Below, one piece after another: positions 58,081 through 64,000 of a stretch of 64,000 bases of DNA. Below the pieces are notes generated by a model that had not been told where the DNA came from, made no database searches, and saw only the letters and a program-made list of their open reading frames with translations. Each line of letters begins with the position of its first letter. The first letter of the stretch is position 1. The translations under genes and the position numbers were made by a program. Where the stretch lies: positions 87,110,001-87,174,000 of the forward strand of contig OZ024745.1 in assembly GCA_964016885.1 (NCBI GenBank). The letters are read 5' to 3'. The stretch comes from Eledone cirrhosa. Taxonomy: Eukaryota.

Positions 58081-58569
58081 TGATACTTTAATCTTACTCG
58101 TATTGAGAAGTAAAAATAATCCATTAGTTTTCTGATAATTCTAATTAAAAGTAGCTGAACTTTGAATGACGACAAAAAGTAAGGAGTGAGTCTGATCTTT
58201 GGGAAATGGAACGACAACTAGGGGTAATTTTCTGTATATTTAGACCTTCTCAGCGAAGTCTAGTCATTGGTTTCCTACTATTGTTAGTATTATTTTCGGT
58301 GTTTTATTTAAACACAGTAACAGCTGGGTAAACTGGACAATATATCAGCTAACCGTTAATATTTTAGTCATCAAATTCTTTTGACTCCATCATTTGTAGT
58401 TCACATATAAACAGAGTATGAAATATATTATCTGATACTGATATCTGGAGATTATTCACTATTTTCTTCTAACTATTTTGAAGAGAAATATTAAACAAAA
58501 TCTACAGATTGTGATTAATTGTTGTTTATTCGTTTTATTTTTTTAAATAATTAAAAAACTGAACATATT

Positions 58570-58900
58570 TGATACCTCCTCCACCTTCTCCTCCTCTCCG
58601 TTCTCACCCCTCTCCTCCGGAGCAGAGTCCTCAAACACTCCTTCCAACGGATCTTGTCAGAAGCAACAGTCTCCATCTGATCTGGCTGGATCCCCAAGCG
58701 AGACCAGCCAAGCTCATGGATGTTATGCAACCATATTATACGCGGCCTACCCCTCGGTCTCTTGCTGGTTGGCTTTTGCCCGTAAAATCTGCCCAACCAT
58801 TCTTTCCTGAGACATTCTAAGCACATGTCCGCAATATCAAAGCTGTGATCTCTAAAATCTGTCCAACCATTCTTTCCTGAGATATTCTAACCACTTTCCC
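58570..58900 (-). mobile_element. RTE-type LINE 3' fragment, same family as 54120-54700
   Basis: KRPRGRPRIIWLHNIHELGWSRLGIQPDQMETVASD. Confidence 0.8.
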
Positions 58901-58951
58901 ATATTTGATACCAATCTTCATTTTAAACATTTCTCTTTAATTTGTTTTCAG

Positions 58952-59044
58952 GTATGTTAAAAGAATCTGGAGTGCATCTACTTCCTAAAGACCCCGATCA
59001 AAGCTGTGTATTGACCTCGTCGGACAATTATTGTTTCAGAGCAG
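58952..59044 (+). CDS. Heme peroxidase exon E
   Basis: ttcag|...|gtaaa, phase 1-1; GMLKESGVHLLPKDPDQSCVLTSSDNYCFRA(G). Confidence 0.92.
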
Positions 59045-59129
59045 GTAAAAAAAATAAATCACAATTTTATATGTTATTTACATTCTTGTAGAATTCATAA
59101 TTTTGACGAGATAAATCAATAAAATACGT

Positions 59130-59528
59130 TTAACCCTTTAGTTACCATCCCGGCCAAAACCAGCTCTGCTTCTATGAAATAAAACCATCCATTTCAAAGG
59201 TTTCCTATTTAACCTTTTAGTTACCAAAGCGGCTAAAAACCAGCTCTGCTTCTATGAAATAAAACCACCCATTTTAAAGGTTTCCAATTTAATCCTTTAG
59301 TTAACAATCCTACTAAAACCAGCTCTGGTTCTAGGAAAGAAAACTACTCATTTTAAAGGCGTCCAATTTAAATTAAAATCTTTCAACATCATTTTATATA
59401 AGAAGATTATATTAAGTTACTATCTTAGTAATGAAATAACTAATAATTTTAGTAAATACCTCAAAATTCTTCATTAATTAATTAAAATAGAGTGTATTTC
59501 ATTATAAATGCAGTCATGAAAAGGTTAA
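59130..59528. mobile_element. piggyBac-like MITE with an internal ~61-bp tandem repeat x3
   Basis: TTAA-CCCTTT ... AAAAGG-TTAA; repeated ttaaccctttagttacc...aaaaccagctctg unit. Confidence 0.6.
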
Positions 59529-59894
59529 AGATGTAAACGTAGATATTTCCTGTCACACTCCACACTCCTAAAGTATTATACGACCCAACGAACGTACCCA
59601 GCAGAATGAAGAATCATCTCACTAATTTCCTTCAAATATTAATGTGCATTATTTGAAGTGACAACAGAGGTCGAATTTTACAGATATCATTCACTAATTA
59701 AGTGTCATTATCAGACTGACCAATATTTGGTCACCTCTGGTTTCAGCTATCTTGATCACGTAGCTTTGAGTTTTTACAAAACGGAAGTGTTAGGTTACAC
59801 TTCTGTTAACCTTCAGATAGTAGTGAAAATCGATTAAAGAGCAGTAGGTTTGTTGTAACACGGTAATATAATTAAGATTTCTCTCTCTCTTTCT

Positions 59895-59975
<81 letters not shown>

Positions 59976-60056
59976 CAACCTGCTTTTTTTTGAAAACATA
60001 TAACATATAATTTATTTTCCGCGAAATAATTTATTTTTGTTGTGTGCTGTAAATTT

Positions 60057-60152
<96 letters not shown>

Positions 60153-60156
60153 GCGC

Positions 60157-60992
60157 ATTAGAATTGGTGCTCTGAAATAGCAATGTATATATAGTAATAC
60201 ACTGTATGCTTAATTAAAAGCATTTTGTAGACCATACGCTATTGTTTTAAAGTAGCGACATTGTCGCTTGCTTAAATTTTCGGCAGGCAGTGGGAGATAA
60301 GTTGACAGCGCTGTTTCGTACTAATTGGTACTTGTCAAAACTTAGTACTCTCCCCGTCTGCCGAAAATTATGTGTGTTGGATTATTATAGAATTCCAGTA
60401 ACAATCAGGAACTAATTTTACAGAGCGGCCGGCGGCTCAGCAGAAATTGAAAACTAGAAGTGGTGCTCTGAAATAGCGATATATATATGAGTGTATATTT
60501 AGTGTATTTTGCAATACACTGTATTCTTAATTGATAGCATTTTGAAGACCATACGCTATTGTTTTAAAGTAGCGACATTGTCGCTTCCTTAAATTTTCGG
60601 CCGACAGGGGGAGATATGTTGACAGCGCTCTTTCGTTCTAATTGGTACTTGTCAAAACTCAGTACTCTCTCTTTTAATTAAGCATACATTCATATATATA
60701 TCACTATTTCAGAGCACCAATTCTAATTTTCAATTTCTTCTGGGCCGGCGACCACTCTGTAAAATCAGTTCCTGATTGTTACTGGAATTCTATAAGAATC
60801 CAACACACATCATTTTCGGCAGACGGGGAGAATACTGAGTTTTGACAAGTACCAATTAGTACGAAACAGCGCTGTCAACTTATCTCCCTCGGCTTGCCGA
60901 AAATTTAAGTAAGCGACAATGTCGCTACTTTAAAACAATAGCGTATGGTCTTCAAAATGCTTTTAATTAAGCATACAGTGTATTGCAAAATA

Positions 60993-60996
<4 letters not shown>
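60157..60996. repeat. ~296-bp tandem unit (x1.7) followed by an inverted unit
   Basis: ggtgctctgaaatag at 60166 and 60462; ~60700-60996 is the reverse complement. Confidence 0.85.
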
Positions 60997-61068
<72 letters not shown>

Positions 61069-61228
61069 TTAAGTTTGGTGGTTCACCACTGCATAGAACT
61101 GGTCATTCCGTATGTAATATTAGGAAAAGGACTCGACTCATCTATCTTTGATATTGAATCTTGTTGGTGCGAGAACGGAATTAATTATTATTGAGTAAAA
61201 TGACAGGAGGCCGGACTGACGAAATTAG

Positions 61229-61642
61229 AATACATTAACCAATACACAGTCACCCAATGACGAACACACATCAAACAAAACACTATACACACACGCAAAC
61301 GCATGCGCAAAGAAGACAAAAAATAAACAAATAAATAAATATATAAACAGACTAAATAAAGATGGCGTAGAAAATACAATGTAACGGGAAGAAACAATAG
61401 CACCACTGACGATGTTGCAGATGTGCAACGAAAGAACTTTGATAGACTATATATATGTGATTGTGTCTATATTGTATCTGTATTTTTGACCGTTGGTCAG
61501 TCAATGGCAACATTGAGGACCGAATAAATTAAATTAACCGATATAAAAAACACAGAAGCGAAAAGCGAAAACCAACCAAACAGTGAGTGTGTTCTGTTAT
61601 TAATTCTGGCAATATTACACAAATATGACCCTCCCCAAATAT

Positions 61643-61650
<8 letters not shown>
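61229..61650 (+). mobile_element. Solo pLTR of the 49965 family with hammerhead-like motif 61402-61443
   Basis: Matches 50840-51217; CUGACGA-U-GUUGCA/UGCAAC-GAAA-GAAC-UU. Confidence 0.8.
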
Positions 61651-61676
<26 letters not shown>

Positions 61677-61726
61677 TATTGAATAAAATGAAAGGAGGCC
61701 GGACTGGTAAAATTCCTTCAAAGATT

Positions 61727-61792
<66 letters not shown>

Positions 61793-61844
61793 TTAAGTGC
61801 ATATTCAAATTTTTATTATTATCATTATATTTGCATAAATTCAG

Positions 61845-62275
61845 GAGATCGACGTGTAAATGAACAAATGGGACTGGCCAGCCTTCATACAATATTTCTG
61901 AGAGAACACAACAGAATTGCGCGTGAGTTCGGTTCGATGGGTTTAGGCTGGAATGACGAGAGAATTTTCCAAGAAACAAAACGTATAATTACTGCCATGA
62001 TTCAACACATTAATTACCGAGAATATCTACCAGCCATACTTAACAGACAGTTTATGAATTTTTTAAACCTGAACGGACCCCGTGGAGGGTTCCATGATAT
62101 TTACGATACCTCAGTTGATTCCACATTAAGAAATGGATTTTCGACGGCAGCTTTCCGGTTCGGTCATTCAATGGTTCGTTCGGTCTTCAGCAAGTTATCG
62201 TCAAGCTTCAACTCGGTTTTCGGCTCACCAACCTTACTGAAAACTATGTATGGTAAAACTGAAGGAATTCTTCAG
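61845..62275 (+). CDS. Heme peroxidase exon F (distal Arg/Glu, proximal His)
   Basis: ttcag|...|gtatg; GDRRVNEQMGLASLHTIFLREHNRIA...WNDERIFQETKRII...QHINYREYLPAIL...FSTAAFRFGHSMV. Confidence 0.96.
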
Positions 62276-62524
62276 GTATGACTATTCTGTTGATATATTT
62301 TTCTATAGGTTTATAAAATTCATCTTTGTGTAGGCTGAAGATTCTGCCACACAGCGAGAAATTCTGAGGAGCGATGTAGGGAATTGTGACCTTCAAATGT
62401 TGTCCCATGTTTCATCTCATTGCTCGCTACCTTAAGCAAGTGTCTTCTGCTGAGGCTTCGAGTTGACTCTTGGTTTGTGAATGGAATTTAGTAGATTAAA
62501 AGAGTATATATATATTGTTGTTGA

Positions 62525-62571
<47 letters not shown>

Positions 62572-62574
<3 letters not shown>

Positions 62575-62699
62575 TGAAATTCCCGGGGTATAAAAGTCAT
62601 TCGTTGTAAGGAATAATTCTTTATAACGAAATCGACCAAACACATCGTTATACTGAAAACTTCGTTATAATGGTATTCGTTATAACGGAATTTTACCTG
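62572..62699. mobile_element. Tc1/mariner-pogo-type MITE
   Basis: TA|CAGTGAAATTCC ... GGAATTTTACCTG|TA imperfect TIRs; internal ttcgttata repeats. Confidence 0.65.
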
Positions 62700-62833
62700 T
62701 ATATATATATTTATATAAAAAAAATTGAGATGACAGATAACATTTCTTAAAACATTTAACTTTTTACAATTGTTTCAACACATTTCTCAATAAAATACCT
62801 AACCAAGATAGACATAATAAAACATAACAGTAA

Positions 62834-62941
62834 TAATTGTTTCTACTTTAGGCACAAGGCCAGCAATTACCCAGTACATTACTGGTACTTTATTTTATCG
62901 ACCCCCGTAAGGATGAAAGGCAAAGTTAACCTCCGCGGGAT
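62834..62941 (-). mobile_element. SINE 3' fragment
   Basis: Reverse complement of the SINE tail. Confidence 0.85.
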
Positions 62942-64000
62942 AATAATTATACAAACTTAATCATTCGTTAAAATAAACACCTCAGTGTCGTATAATCAGG
63001 GCGAGTTGCAAACAGTTTATTATCAAATGTGTTCTCTTTTAAATGTCGATTAAAGATCTCGTTGCTGTAAAATTCTACATCATCTACTTGTACTTAACTA
63101 TATTTTCGTTCTCAGAAGATTTGTTTCGTTTTTTATTGACTAAATACAATATAAAATTTTAGAAGGTAAGTGAATAGTCAATTCAATTGATCTGTGTATA
63201 ACTGGTATGTTTTGCTAATTCCGGTTGAATGGAAAATGAAAAGCAAGACAGAGAGACTAAACTAAATTACTACATTCGATCCATTGTTCATCTGTTCCTA
63301 TCCTCTCACTCTTATTAACTATTCTCTTTTGACTGAGCGCAAAGACAACCTTTGTAAGAGAGCTGATGTAGTCTATTAAATCATTTTCTGGTATTTATTT
63401 TCTTAGCTCCGAGAGCATGAAAATCGAAATCGAACATTGAGAGACTTGAACGGAAACGTAGAAGGAAAGAAACTAATGTGTTAGACACTGCTCTGATGTC
63501 GGTGTCAAGACGCTATTCTTCCTCTCCCCCTCCCCAGTCTTCTGTAACACAAAAGTCCTAGCCTTTCCCATCCTTTTCCGTTTTCATAACCATAAAAGAC
63601 ACTTGTATGTTCAATGTAACTCTACTTTGTGTAGTGAGAACTTTTTATTTGATTATATATACTCGCAGAAAACCACTCCGCGGGTAGTTTTCTGCTAGCA
63701 TGTGTAGTGTGTATACTGATATTATACGCAAATATATGCATGTAGATATGATATGTCAAATAAAATCCTAATTGACAATATCCACAGAAATTGAAGAGAG
63801 TCTGTGTTACACTCTCTTCTGCAATCAGTAAAATAACCCATGATACATTTAAAAAAGACGATATTATGTGTAAACTGCATTAGGATAAAATTAGCAACGG
63901 AAATATATGCGATGTTTTTATAAGTGTTATAATATAACGGGCACTACCCGGAAGTGTTGACATTTTAAATTATTCATATTTAATCAAGAGTTACGAAATT

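Noticed and set aside
61625-61844. N-terminal part of the 218-aa ORF
   Set aside because: Intronic repeat and TA sequence upstream of the splice acceptor at 61844.

Overview
This is AT-rich eukaryotic genomic DNA, very likely from an octopod cephalopod, judged by the many copies of the tRNA-derived octopus-type SINE and the extreme (TA)n/(CA)n microsatellite load. Almost all ORFs in the six-frame track are microsatellite artefacts. Host coding content is six GT-AG exons (39668-62275, +) of one animal heme peroxidase (peroxinectin/chorion-peroxidase-like). They splice in frame and carry the distal His, distal Arg/Glu and proximal His motifs; no N- or C-terminal exons were identified. The rest is a nest of transposons: about seven decayed Penelope-like elements (RT + GIY-YIG, Naiad-like), RTE-type LINE fragments, about 18 SINEs, two non-autonomous Helitrons, MITEs and tandem/inverted arrays. 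The main unannotated signal, read by eye, is about 25 type I hammerhead-ribozyme motifs from about 12 unrelated sequence families. Most are arranged as divergent inverted pairs (foldbacks of 0.15-8.4 kb) inserted into TA microsatellites. They include three families with a compensated U3-A8 core (UUGAAAA) and several with very long or branched stem II inserts. All folds are manual and untested; element boundaries are approximate.
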